Of a stretch of DNA of 62,000 bases, positions 1-13,179 are shown piece after piece. Position 1 is the stretch's first letter, and every line of letters starts with the position of its first letter. Source of the stretch: Chiloscyllium plagiosum (taxonomy: Eukaryota); NCBI RefSeq assembly GCF_004010195.1, contig NC_057751.1, positions 12,820,014 to 12,882,013 of the forward strand, in the 5' to 3' direction. Both the position numbers and the translations under genes were made by a program. A model generated the notes under the pieces. The model was not told where the DNA came from and ran no database searches. It saw only the letters and a program-made list of their open reading frames with translations.

Positions 1-1434
1 CGAGGCCATGCTCTTCGGGAACTGGGCCGACCAATTCTCGATCCCCTTCACCGTCAGGACCGACCACCTGAAGGTGTTGGGTATTTGGTTCGGAGGGGCT
101 GGGGTGTGCGCCAAGTCTTGGGAGGAGCGTATCAGCAAAGTGAGGCAGAAACTGGGCAGATGGAAGCTACGGTCGCTCTCCATCGCGGGAAAAAACCTGG
201 TCATCAGGTGTGAGGCACTGTCATTGCGATTATACGTGGCACAGGTCTGGCCTATTCCCAGAATCTGTGCCACTGCAGTCACCCGGGCCATCTTCCAGTT
301 TATATGGAGGTCAAAGATGGACCGGGTCCGAAGGGACTCACTGTATAAAGATCTGGGCAACGGGGGAAAACACACACTCAATGCCACCCTCACCCTGATG
401 GCCACCTTTGTGTGTGACTGCATCAAGCTGTGCGTAGATCCCCGGTACGCAAACACCAAGTGTCACTACGTACTGAGGTTCTACCTGTCCCCGGTGTTGC
501 GAAGGATGGGCCTGGGCTCGCTGCCGCGGAACGCACCGAGTAGTTGGACCGTTCCATATCACCTGTCCTTCGTGGAGAAATTTATGAAGGAAAACACCTT
601 TGACCACAAGTCCATTTGGAAGTGGTCAGCACGTAGTGTCCTTGAGACCCTTCGGGAAAAGGAGAGGGCGGATCCTATCGAGCGGTTCCCTGAGCAGACT
701 GTCAAAGCCATTTGGCAGAATGCCTCATCGCCAGAACTTTCCAACAAGCACCAAGACATGGCTTGGCTGGTGGTGAGAAGGGCTCTGCCTGTGAGATCCT
801 TTATGCACGCCTGGACTCTCTGCCGCACCGCACGCTGCCCTCGAAGCGGTTGCGGGGGGGCGAGACTGTCACACACCTCCTTCTGGAATGTGCCTATGCA
901 GAGGAAGTCTGGAGAGGAATGCAGTGGTGTTTGTCGAGGTTCGTTCCGAGTAGCGCCGTGACGCGGGACTCCGTGCTCAACGGCCTGTTCCCCGGGACGC
1001 ACACCGAGACGAACATCAACTGTGCCTGGAGGATCATCAATTCGGTGAAGGACGCTCTCTGGGTGGTCCGAAACCTGCTGATCTTCCAGCTGAAGGCGTT
1101 GACCCCGACTGAGTGTTGCAGACTGGCACATTCCAAGGTCCAGGACTACGTGTTGAGGGACGCGCTGAAGCTTGGGGCAGCTGCCGCCAAGGCGCGGTGG
1201 GGAAAGACCACTGTGTAAAGTCTGCCTGCCTAACAAAGAACAGGGGGCCCATGCAGTATTTGGGCTCTGCTGACGCCTCAGCTAATTATATGGGCATATG
1301 ATCAAAATATGTACAGACCTGTATAAAAATGATAAGTTTTGATCTCTGTGTGTAAATGTTTACATACGTATGGCATGACCAATTGTACAGACCATCAAAT
1401 TATTTATGAATAAAGTATATTTTTGAAATAAAAA
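1..1434 (+). mobile_element. 3' end of a young Tx1/L1-clade LINE (RT C-terminus, zf-RVT zinc finger, 3' UTR, short A tail)
   Basis: ORF 8-961 (LKVLGIWF...W.LRSLSIAGKNLVIR) continues in the 712-1218 frame (CPRSGCGG/ETVTHLLLECAYAEEVW zinc finger) after a frameshift near 860. Stop at 1216-1218, AATAAA near 1409 and 1427, CpG-rich. Confidence 0.9.
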
Positions 1435-1871
1435 GATTGGTGAGGTCTAGTTCAAGGAGACTTCTCTCTCTTGTTTTTCCGCCATCATCTGCTGCAGACC
1501 CACACCAGCTGTACGTCCTTTAGGTCTCAAACAGCTCAGTCAGTGGAGATGCTTACAAACCACTCTTTCTGAATGACATGGAAGTACTCCACCTAAAGTA
1601 CATTCTGTGTCATTGCCACCCTCAGTGCTTCATTGAATATAACTCCATGAAGGCCTGCCTTGTTCTCCTTGCAGCCCAAAATGCACTTTAATGCAGAAAA
1701 TAGAGACGTTTAAGTGAAGAATTCTGGAGCATGAGGCATGAGTAGCAGAAGGCTTGATGGAGCAATGAGAAGAAAGAGATACTAGAGACAGTAGTCAGAA
1801 TGCCAAGGAGTTCTGGCTGGATGCTGGGGAGAGCACAATTGGGTTAGAAGAGCAGATAGAAGAGCACAATC

Positions 1872-1951
1872 ATCTGATGAAGGAGCAGCTCGTGTTTCCA
1901 ATTAAACCTGCTGGACTATAACCTGGCGTTGTGTGATTTTTAACTTTGTAC
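1872..1951 (+). mobile_element. Penelope-type terminal repeat fragment (same family as 51467-51681)
   Basis: CTGATGAAGGAGCAG...TTCCAATTAAACCTGCTGGACTATAACCTGGCGTTGTGTGATTTTTAACTTT matches the right arm at 51595-51681, with an internal deletion. Confidence 0.65.
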
Positions 1952-3667
1952 TTGAAGTAAAATGAAAAAATTGATGCAGTGTATCAGAATATTCATAGGA
2001 CCTGGTCACTAAGCTTCAATACTTTCTCTCCATTACTAAGTCAATTGTTTCTATTTTCATGCATTAATGAACAGATTAAGAAAAAAAAGACAAACTGAGA
2101 TAGATGTCACAGCACATCACAACAACGCAAAATAGCTTTAACCTGAGCCATGGATTTAAGAAGTCTTTTTAAACATAGTTCCATCGCTAGACAGCAACAG
2201 TCATTGCAAACAGCAAAAAACAATGGGGAAATTTAAGTGCAAATTGTATTTAGTGCATCTTGAGTTTCCGCGATTTTGTTGCATTTAGTTTTAAACACAT
2301 TGCACGAAAAGCTAGCTGTGCCCACAAAACTCATCAAGGATCTGGATGCAGCAAGCCTTATTGGGATTTCTGAAAGTTGATCATGTTTGCAGATCTTTGT
2401 AAAGGCTCTATAACATAAGACGGAATCCTGGGGAATGGACACAAGAAGGTATTTTTAAAAGGTGTTAAAATAGTAATAGTTTTAAAACTTACAGTGAAAC
2501 TGACTACAGCACCTCAATATAACCAGAAAAAAATTGTATATCATTTAAAGGTCATTTTCAGTCATGTGAAATTATGATAATGGGGTAACAGTTTGATTGA
2601 AATGGTTATTTTTGTGAATAACAAGTTTTCATATATGTTATTCAAACTTTCCTAAGTTATCTCTCATAAGTAGATGCGCCAAGAAATATTTTATGAAGAA
2701 AATTTTCACAAAGTTCTATGAGTGAATTAAAAATAATCTCAGAAAAAAACAAAATTGTGGTCTAATGCTCTCCTGCTACACTGGTTCAAGATAGATTTGT
2801 GTTTGGTGATACGCAAACTGATTTGAGGGGGATTAACTTTTCATACTGGGGGTTAATATGGATACAATTTGTGGACAATGTAGCTGTGTCACTGAGTCAC
2901 TGCTGTGACACTAAGTCTATAGAACGATAGCAGGAAATATTGGATCATTTTGGCTGTAATAGAGATGATTCACAGGGTGTAATAGAGGATTAAAGTATTG
3001 TAAAAGATTTTGACATTGTAAATTGTAAAAACTGCTGTGCTCTGAGCAAATTGATAGTGGAGGTAAGAATATTGGATTGTCATGAGAAAGACAGAGAGTT
3101 TAGAAAAATGTTTCGACACAAAGCATTATTGGAATGTGAAAGACTTTACCACAAGTGTTTGACGAGATTACAATATAATCTAACCATAAAAGGTGTTGCA
3201 GACAAAGGAGGAAAAATACTGAAACATACAAATCCCCTTCTCTTTCTGTCCACCAAAGGTGTATTAATTTTTGAAAAGGTAGATTTATATGCTTCCTAGC
3301 CCCCTGAATGTTTCGATAATTTAAAGAACAGCAGCAGACTTTTTGGATTTAAATGAAGAGGTTTAATTATGCACTCAGTCAAACAATCAAAATGTTACAT
3401 TAATCACACAAGAAAGATACAGTTAGAAAAGATGTGCTGCTGCAAAGGTTAAAGCAAAAGAATAGTTAACAGTTCATGTGTATAGCTTGTCGTAGGAATA
3501 TGTTCAGCTGTTAGTGGTAATGGAAATCCTTTCTTAAATTCTAAATCAGAGGAATTCAGATTATTAAAGTCAGATATTCAGATTATTGCAAAAGTCTTTT
3601 GCAAAAGAGATGGATATTCAATGAGTTCTGAAGATAGAAATTTCTGCCTTTAACATTTGCAAGTTCA

Positions 3668-4660
3668 ATTTCCACGCATGCAAACAAAGCCAAAACTCTG
3701 CAGATGTTGGAAATTTGCAATACGAATGGGAACTGCTGGAGAAACTCTTTTGGCCTGAAAACATGTGGAGAGAAAATCAGAGTTAACATTTTGAGTCCCT
3801 TAATTTTTCTTCAGGACAGAAGGTGGCTGGGAATTTATGGTGTTTACTCTGGTAACAAAGAGAGAGGATGTGTGAGTGAAACAGATGGTGATGTTGCCCA
3901 GAGCAAAAGACAGAAAAATGCTAATGGTTGTAAAGGAGGGATTGAAATGCAAATGTGTGTTAAAGGTAGGCATGAATGGAAGAAGACAGTTTAGTTCTGC
4001 TGAGATCGAAGTTGACAAGACACAAACAAGAGACAGGTGGAAGGGTATGTAATAAAAAATTCAAGCTCTGAAATCTGGAAGACTGTCAAGTGAATAAGTA
4101 CAAAATGAAATGTAGTTTCTCCAGCTTGTGTTCAACTTTGCTGGAACACTGAAGCAGCCCTAGTACAGAAATTTTAGTATGGGACTAGGATGGTGTGTTG
4201 AAATGTCAAGCAACTGGAAGGTTAGGCTCATTCTTAAAGACAGAGCAGAGATATTCTGCAAAGCGGTCACCTTGTCTCCATTTGATATCACCAATTGAAG
4301 GGAAACTGCATTATGACCAGTGAATAGAACAAACTGGATTAGTAGAAGTACAGAAGTAAATGAATACATCCTCTGGAAGGTGTGTTTAGAGCCTTGGACA
4401 GGGAGAAAGTAAAAAGACAACTGTTATACGTTCTGCAATTGCATGGGAAGGTACTGCGTTGGTGAGGAAAAGTTAGAAGTGACAGTGGAGTGGACGCGGC
4501 TATTGTGGAGGGAATTATCTTTGCAACATACTGACAGTGGAGAGGAACGAAAAATGTATTTTGTGGTGGGATCTTGCAGGAGGTGGTAGAAATGGTGCTG
4601 ATGACCATGAGAAGGGAGATACTGGTGGGATTGAAAGTCAGGACAACAGGAGGACACATG
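3668..4660 (-). mobile_element. Decayed Penelope-like element (GIY-YIG endonuclease region plus terminal repeat)
   Basis: Minus-strand ORF remnants STFPCNCRTYNSC and VQGSKHTFQ; colinear with 20590-22370. Confidence 0.75.
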
Positions 4661-4737
4661 ATCTCCAGCCAGCTTCTGTTGCATGACCATCTTGTTCACT
4701 CCCTCCAAGAGTTTACCTGAAACATCACTATGCAATT

Positions 4738-4873
4738 GGGCAGCACAGTGGCTTAGTGGTTAGGACTGCTGCCTCACAGTGCCAGTGTCTGTGTAGAGTT
4801 TTCACATTCTCCCTGTATCTGTGTGGGTTTCCTCCTGGTGTTCCGGTTTCCAGCCACAGTCCAAAGATGTGCG
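4738..4873 (+). mobile_element. HE1-type tRNA-derived SINE, 5' part, internally deleted
   Basis: GGGCAGCACAGTGGCTTAGTGGTTAGGACTGCTGCCTCACAG head followed by the V-domain-like GAGTTTTCACATTCTCCCTGT; matches 48313-48600. Confidence 0.85.
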
Positions 4874-4876
4874 ACA

Positions 4877-5154
4877 TTTCTTCATTAGTTTAAATGATTT
4901 GGATGTGAGCATAAGAGATATAGTTAGCAAGTTTGCAGATGACACCAAAATTGGAGGTGTAGTGGACAGGGGAAGTGGTGAAGGCTAGTACAATTGCAAC
5001 ATTTAAGAGGCATCTGGATGGGTATATGAATAGGAAGGGTTTGGAGGGATATGGGCCGGGTGCTGGCAGGTGGGACTAGATTGGGATATCAGGTCGGCAT
5101 GGACAAGTTGGACCGAAGGGTCTGTTTCCATGCTGTACATCTCTATGACTCTAT
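4877..5154 (+). mobile_element. CR1/HER1 LINE fragment (RT FADDTK segment fused to the 3' tail)
   Basis: AAGTTTGCAGATGACACCAAAATTGG encodes KFADDTKIG; junction near 4969 to a tail matching 13640-13830, ending CTCTATGACTCTAT. Confidence 0.9.
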
Positions 5155-5375
5155 CCCATGGCACTATGTTGAAAAAAGAGCAAAGTAATTTATTTATTCC
5201 TCATTTGAAACAATATCAAATTATTTGATCATGATTGCATTGCCAAATTTGCAAGTTTACTGTGCACAAATTCCCTGGCACGTTTCTGACATTACAGCAG
5301 TGACTCCACGTAGGAGGTACTTAATTGGCTGTAAAGTGTCTCGAGCTACCCATTGGCTGTGAAAAGTGAAATGAA
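5155..5375 (+). mobile_element. Deu-domain SINE (SacSINE1/AmnSINE-like), 3' half
   Basis: CCCATGGCACTAT..GAAAAAAGAGCA...ACATTACAGCAGTGACT...TACTTAATTGGCTGTAAAG resembles the recalled Deu-domain and L2-like tail consensus. Confidence 0.7.
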
Positions 5376-8300
5376 AAAGTACCGTTTTGTTCAGTTGTTT
5401 AAATCTCTGCCCTCTTGATATCGACCCTTTCACCTTTGGAAACCGGCTCTCTTTGTTTCCTCTATCGAACGAGGACAGCACTGCTTTTCCCAACAAAGAA
5501 ATCCTTCACCTCGATAAGCAGGCAAATGAAACATGCAAACAGTAATGAGAAGAAACACATGGTAATTCCCTTCGCAAATTAGGACAAAGCATTGAAATAA
5601 TCACATCTGTTACCAACCATTTTTAGTGTACAGGCTCTGAACCATTATTTGCATTTGAAAACATATTTAATAAGCTCCCCTCGAAGACAAGGTGACACAA
5701 ACCAGTCATTTCATAACCTCAGCGTGTCAATCAAAAACCTTAATTCTCATGAAAGCTTTTGTCCAGGTGGAAGCATTTATGGATAACATAGTGGATCATG
5801 ACCTGCCCTGCTCCAGTGCACATCAAAAATTTAAACTGCATACACGTTAGATATTTTCAAGAGCTTAAAATGCGTATGCAAAGAGTGCTAACCCCATAGC
5901 ATGACACTAACATGCCTGGAAAGGGATTTAGCTGGGATTTTCCATCTTTTCTGGATGCGTTTCAGTTAACTTGCTCCATTCACCTACTGAGACATTAAGA
6001 AACCCCTCAATCTATTTTATGAATGAGATGATGCTTATTTTGAACAACACAGTCTTTAAGGATATTCCATCTCCGTCATGTGCAACAGCAATAGTTGAGA
6101 CAAACAGACCTTCCTTTTGATCTCCTTGCTACAATTTTTTTTAGAATATTTGTGCATCTTGCTGCTTTACATTCTGAAGCTGTTTACATCATTTTCAAAG
6201 CCTTCCTATATTTTAAGACATCTTTAAAATTATATTAGCAGGCCTTTGGATATGACAACAGCCATCAGCATTTCCCCACTCTGAAACCCTATTCCCATTA
6301 CGTCTTGCATTAGTTAGCTCACTTTGAGGAATACAATACTCTGTCTATACACAGCAGTTCCAATGGAGGTCCTCCAATCATGTTAACCTATTTCTTCTTT
6401 TCAGATGATGACTGGGCTGCAGTGACTGACTAGTTTTCTGTTTTCAATTCAGATTTCAAGTGTTTTAATCTCTATTAGTCTCATTGCTTGATAAATGAAC
6501 CTAGCATTAAAATTCCAATTACAGTTTAATATGAGCTCTTCTCATGCACCTTGAACTATTCATGCTGGTATGGTGTCAATGACTTACAATTAAATAAAGG
6601 AGGACTTGTGCAGCTTCCAAATGACTGAATGAACAAATTACTGCATGTGATTTTTACTCTATGCTTGCTGTAAGTAGTCCCAGGAGGCTCCAGAGCCCAA
6701 AGTACTTACAGTTAGGTATTAATTGTCAAATGTACATTTTATAGCTTCCACTTTCAAGCAACTTCTGCCCAGCAGAATGCATCCAGTTCCTTATGGTGAA
6801 CAGGGGAAGATGACTCTGGCACAAATCACAACTTTGCTTCAAATTATATCTCTCTTTATCTGAATACATTCCTTTTAAGACTTGCAAAGTCTTCCAACCC
6901 AGCAGCTGACAGACTCAAGGGTGAAGGATTCTACATTTCCAACATCTGCTAACAGGAAAATGCTTGACCCTCAGTAACCAAACTTTCCATTGTCTGCTCC
7001 TTTCTCCTCCTTCTTGTATTGGTCCTGTCTCTGGCTGGTTGTTCTTGGCCTGTATGAATCAGGCAGGACAGAAATAAAGCTATTCAGCTCAGCACAGCCA
7101 GCTCATTAACTGGAGAACCCATTCTGTTCCCTGTCTTGGGCTTCACTGAGCACGAGAAAGCGTGTCTAGCTCCTAACTTTGAACAGAGTCCGTGTACTTG
7201 TGGCAGCTTCTGGAATTGTAAATAAATTTTAAAATGGGCATTGACGAACTGTTAAGGTGGCTGTGAAGACCATGTGATATGTGCAATTTGTGCCTTAAAA
7301 CTTCAAGGAATTATAGCCTGAATAACCATGGTGGAGGCTGATGAGTATGTACAGTAGGAAGTTGATCTCCCACACCTCTGAGTGGATAGATCCAGACAGA
7401 AGGTGTCAGTTTAATTTATACTTGCTATTTTATGGAAAATCACCGACACACACCAGAAATTCACAGACCATGGCGGAACAATAATGAGAAAGCAATTTAA
7501 TGATTATCATAGAATCACCACAGTGTGGAAGCAGGCTATTTCACCCATCAAACCCACACTGACCTTCTGAAGAGCATTTCAGTTCAGAATAGGCTGGACA
7601 AAGGCTGAAGATCCTTTTGTGATTGACCAAACAGAGCGCCATTTAGCAATTTTCAGGGAGTTTGTTGTCTTGCACCACAATGAGGTTTTATCTATTTTAC
7701 ACCATCCACATTTGGAAATTATTCAAATAAGCTGACCAATCAGTAACTATGGTCAGCATTCCTGAACAAAACTTGTATTCCAAAGCAGCTGTCACAACCT
7801 CAAGGATGTCTCAAAGGGTCTTCCAGCCTCTGAAAAGATTTTGTAGTAGAGTTACTGATGCAATGAACAACAACTTGTAGTTTTCTGGTACTATGTCTGT
7901 AACATAATAAATAGTCCCAGTGAGCATCGCAGGAGCATGACAAAACAAAATTTGACCACAAAGCCACATACATGCAAAATACCAACTACTGCACATAGTA
8001 AGTTTGCTCAAACATTAAGCAGGTAATGATAAGATAATTGTAGTTTAGGGTTAAATGATAGCTCAGCAAGCGTGGAGAATGTTCCTGCTCATCTTTGAAG
8101 TAGTACCATAGGCTTTAGCCGAGACCTATTCACTCTGCTGTTTCCTTGACACTGGTTGCTCAGTAACATGCAAAGGAGCCTCTTTAGGGTATGATAATGC
8201 TTTTGATTTTTGTTGTGGAGAGTGTGAGGTGAGGGATGAAATATGCCTGCAGGCATTTCCTGCAAATGGATTCAACTGCTATTCAATCTGAGCTCCTGAA

Positions 8301-8809
8301 ACAATGGGAATTTTAACTGTTCAGCAATAACAGCAACCAATGCTGCTTCTTATACCAGATTGTACCAGAGACTTTGATAAAAGATTGGAAGGTACCAGTC
8401 TGTGCTCAATTTAGATGCTTTCCTCAATTGCATACCAGTTTGATGTTTTACAGCATTAAAAGGAACATTAGTAAAGTCATTCAGTGTCTTGTTTTGTTAC
8501 ATGTTTTCCTCTGTGATGCTTCTTCATGCATGATAATGTGTCTGAGGTTATCCTACTCTTCTCTCACTTCCTCAGGGTGGATTCATGTTGGGGAATGAAC
8601 TTTCATGTTTCACCAGAAACACCAACTTGCTTACTTTTCACTGCAGTTTGAGTCCTGATTTTCAATGAATCAGAGATTCATATGGCACAAGAGGTGACCA
8701 TTTAGCCTGAACGGACTAGTCCCACACTCCTGATATTTTGCTATGGCCCTGTAAAGTTATCCAATTCAAGAATTCATCTAATTTAAAAAAAAATCATATT
8801 TGCAGAATG

Positions 8810-9140
8810 GTTACAGTGAAGAGTGTGGTTAGGCCAGTGTTCATTGGCCATGGGGCAGTTGAGCAGTTGAGAGTAAACCACATTGCTGTGGGTCTGGATT
8901 CACATGGAGGCTAAATCAAGTGTGAATGACAGATTTCCTACTCTAACAGGTATTAGTGAGTCAGGTGGGCTTTTACAATGATTGGCAGTGGTTACACAGT
9001 AAAATTCATGGTCACCATTAAGCCAGCATTTTTGTTGAATTCAAATTCCACCACCAAGGGATTCAAACCCATTTCCCTTGTGCTTTTGCTTGTGGTTCTG
9101 AATTGCTAATCCAGTGACATTACCACAACACCACTGCCTC
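8810..9140 (-). mobile_element. tRNA-derived SINE family B (decayed)
   Basis: Reverse complement resembles 30767-31175 (AACCACATTGCTGTGGGTCTGGA..CACAT; GGATTCAAACCC B-box). Confidence 0.65.
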
Positions 9141-10204
9141 TTCTTTGAACACAGCAATTAAACATAATTGTTCACTAATGAATATACAATGCTTAGTTCC
9201 ATTTGCAACTCCTCAGATCATGAAGAAGTCTGCATTCAAATTCAGCAAGACCCGAACAACCTGAACAACCCTTGTGCTGGCAAGTAGCAATATTCAAGCT
9301 TACATGGGTCAGGCACTAACCATCTTCAGTAAGAGTACCTACCCTTGACTCTCAATGGTATTGTCATCACTAAATGCACCACCATCAACATCCTGGAAGT
9401 ATTTGAGCTTTGGAGTGTTAGCGCTATCCACGGTCTGATTTGTGAAGAGTCACCCTGTGCACTTTATGAACTCAGAAGCCTGCCTGACAATGATTGTATT
9501 AAATTTTTGGCTGTAATTGTGACATATGTATTGCCCTCCCAGTTTCTGTCGGTGATAATAAACTTTTCCTTTACTTCTACCACAATCATGTCAGTAGACA
9601 TTCGTAACACAGTTGGGAATACCAAGAGGAAGTGCACTGTAACAATTATCTATAGTTGTCACCGAGCCACCACTCATGGCTAGGGATAGAATGTTCCCAG
9701 TACAGCAAAGTATTCACTGAGGTATTTTTGTTAAACATGCGTTCCTGCATTGTCTGATAAATTTGATTTCATATGAAGGTAGTAAATACCTTATTGCTAA
9801 CAGATTAATATTTCATTAGGAATCAGCTCCACTGAGCTGTCGATTAAGGTAAATTAGTATTCATTGGACAGTATTTGAGCCTGCAATGTGGCATCAAACA
9901 CTGGAGGGCAGAGATGGGTCCCTCAGCATTACTAAGAGCTGGTACTTAATCACAGTTTTGAAAAACAGTGAATAGAGCAGATTCTAGTGATTCAGTCAGC
10001 AATTAAAGGTTATGCATAAATCATTTCAGTCAGCTCCAGAAAGGATCCTTTTTCTTACCAGTCCAGCTTCTATCCTTAACACATTGGCTCCCTTTGGTAA
10101 TGGTGACAAACTATTAAAATTGCTTCTCAGAGTATATTTTCCTGCACAGTAACAGGAGAATAATTTGGTTTAGCTCCAGATAAGGATTGTGATGCAGAAG
10201 AAGT

Positions 10205-10600
10205 GGGATAGGAATGTTGGAACAGGAATTGGCCATTCGACCACGATATCTTCTTTCAACAATCAATCAGATCATGGGTGATCTGTATCTGAACTGGATT
10301 GAGCTGCCTTCGGTCTATAAAACCTATAATACCCATGCCAAACAAACACATACCAGTCTCAGCTTTGAAATTTTCAATTGGTCACCGATGGTGGGAGAGA
10401 GTTTCAGGTTTCTACCGGCCTTACAGTGAAGAAAAGATTCCTGGCATCACCGTGAATGGCAGTGTGTTGGTTCTCAGATTATGCGCCCTTGTTCTGGACT
10501 CCCCCTTTAAAATAAATATTTTTGCTGTCTGGACTATTCAATCCTTTCATCATCTTAAACACCACAACAAGTTCACGCCTCAGTCCGTGCAACAAGTCCT
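10205..10600 (-). mobile_element. Old CR1 3' fragment
   Basis: GGAACAGGAATTGGCCATTCGACC tail and AGATTATGCGCCCTTGTTCTGGACTCCCC, the reverse complement of the CR1 TRGH-LK region. Confidence 0.6.
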
Positions 10601-12231
10601 CGTAATCTACTATATTTGTCAGATATAAGATGCATTGGACCAGATGACACAATGATTTTTGATAGCCAAAGGAAATATAGAAAAATATATCGGATTATGA
10701 TGTTTAATATTAGCATTTGCCTGTATGGAACACAAGCAGCAATGCAGCATATTGTAAGAATAGTGTGGAATGATGTGAGCTTGCTCTTCTCTACTTTCAT
10801 TCATTTTTCTTCTTGCTTCATTTCCTCTGTATCAGTTTCTCAGTTGGAGGAGCAGCAAAAGGTGTCTTTTAGCTTTTTAATTGCAATATTCTCTGGCATA
10901 CCATATCACTTTCTGTTGGAAAGCTACAGTATAAAACAAACTTTTTTTTGTTTTATATCTAGTGGGCGTGCACTGATTTGCACAAAACAAATCTAAAACA
11001 AATGAATCACTGTGTGTTACTCCGAACTTCACATTAATGATCACCGTAACAGGGTAATCTTCAGGTCAAAAAGCACACGGCCAGTTTAGGGGATCTTCTT
11101 CCAAAAGCAGCAAATGCACCTTGTGATCCTGCAGAGACATTAATCCTTTTAGCATTGGTACCATTAATCCTTTCCTTATTGATGATTTTACAAGGAACAA
11201 TGTAACTGTTGCCAATGAAACTGCCTGGATAGTATTGAAATCCCAGAGATAGTAACATAGCTTCAGATCTGTTATTGCAAGTTATTGTTGGCAGAGAAAA
11301 GAAATTGCTCCATTGATTTTTGGCTAAATTTCCAAGAGAAAGAATTCATGTGAACAATTGGCCCCTGTCCACCTCCATTCTTCCAGCATTTAAGATCCTT
11401 CAGAAGAAGGATACAAAATACAACACTGTCTATTGCCTATGCAGAAGCAACTGTGATTTCTTTTCTCAATTGCCAGTGTCTGAAGCATAAATTGTTGTGA
11501 TCATGGATGGACATACAAAGCAATCATCCAATGTTTTAATAAAACTCATGAAATCAGAAAAAAAACCTGATGAGCTTCTTCCCTGTTTTAATCTGTCTCC
11601 TACCATATTTTATGTGGATCCTTGTCATAACTGAAGCCAGGAAAACTTACCATTGATTGACAATCACCTCGTGCTTGGCTGTAACAGAACTGAACCAATT
11701 TTGCAAGGTTTAAAGTAAATCCATAATTTCATATTTTATCTTACATTCTGACAGCCAGAATCCCACACTATCAATGGATTTAATCAAATATGATTCACAG
11801 CTTTATCACAGTTGAGCTGTGGAGAAACATAATGAGAAGTGAGAAAGGATATGATCAGATCTAAATGTAGGGCCACTTTAACAATGATGAACATATGCAG
11901 AAATACAGTTCATGAGAAACTCATATCCATTAGTGGTAACGAAAAAGACAATTGCACCTCTACTGCAAGATCTTTTTTTTTGCTTCTGAAGGAAGTATAA
12001 ATGCAGGGTCTGAATTTTACCAAGAATTGGCTAAGTACCCATTTCGGGCAGTTGCATAGAGGGTTTCTGTCTGTGACCTATCGTGAATTACCTTAGGCAA
12101 TTCTCAAACAGGTTACCTCATTATCAATGCACCTTCCACTCTAGCACTACCTGCACTCAACAGCAGAGGGAATACTTGTCACAGCTGGGACTATCCTGGA
12201 TTTGAGTCGTCTGCACCTACCCCTGTCTATT

Positions 12232-12574
12232 CATAGAATCATAGAATCCTTACAGTGTGGAAACAAGCCATTCGGCCCTACAAGTCCACACTGACCCTCT
12301 GAAGAGTAAACCACCATTCCCCTACTACTCTACATTTACCTCTAACTAATGCGTCTAACACATCCCTGAACACTATGGGCAATTTAGCATGGCCAATTCA
12401 CCTAACCTGCACATCTTTGGATTGTGGGAGGAAACCAGAGAACCCAGAGGAAACCCACACAGATATGGGAAGATTGTGCAAACTCCACACAGACAGTCAC
12501 CTGAGGCTAGAATTGAACCTGCGTGCCTGGCGCTGTGAGGCAGCAGCACTAACCACTGAGCCACCATGCCGCTC
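12232..12574 (-). mobile_element. HE1-type SINE, near full length
   Basis: Reverse complement of the HE1 head (GCTGTGAGGCAGCAGCACTAACCACTGAGCCACC), V-domain and (CATAGAAT)n tail. Confidence 0.92.
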
Positions 12575-12584
12575 ATTCTTTTCA

Positions 12585-13010
12585 GAATTTTGTCGATTTC
12601 TATAAGATCACCTCTCATTCTTCAAAACTCAAGTTTGCCCAGCCTCTCTTCATTGCGTAGTGCCACCATTTTGGGATCAAGTCTTGTGAACCTTTGTTGC
12701 ACTCCCACTATGGCAATGATATCCTTCCTGAGAGAAGGAGATGAAAACTGCATGCAGTATTCCAAGGGCGGTCTAATCAAGTTCCAATACAATTGAAGCA
12801 AGACTTCACTTCTGCTGTACTCAATCCTCTTGCAATAAAGAGTAACGTTCCATTTGTCTTCCTCATAGCTTGCTGCATTTGCATGTCAGCATTCAATGAC
12901 TTATCAATAAGGATACCAAGGTCCCTTTGTACATTTACACTTTCAAACCTCCTAACATTGTAGAGAAACTCGGCACACCTCTTCCACTTACCAAAGTGAA
13001 TAACCTGACA
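12585..13010 (-). mobile_element. CR1 LINE RT C-terminal fragment
   Basis: Minus strand reads as RPPLEYCMQFSSP and RGDLIE; homologous to 21276-22050. Confidence 0.8.
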
Positions 13011-13179
13011 TTATAAACATGATAATAGTTAAAACATTTAACCATGTTTCTCCAGGATTGTGAATGCAAGACAAGCCTAATAGACTTGAGTTAGCTGTCA
13101 ATTCCATGTGTTAATGATGCTTGACAACAATACAAGTGTGTAAATTAGCGTGGAGAACTGCAGGCATTTCCAGAGAGTT

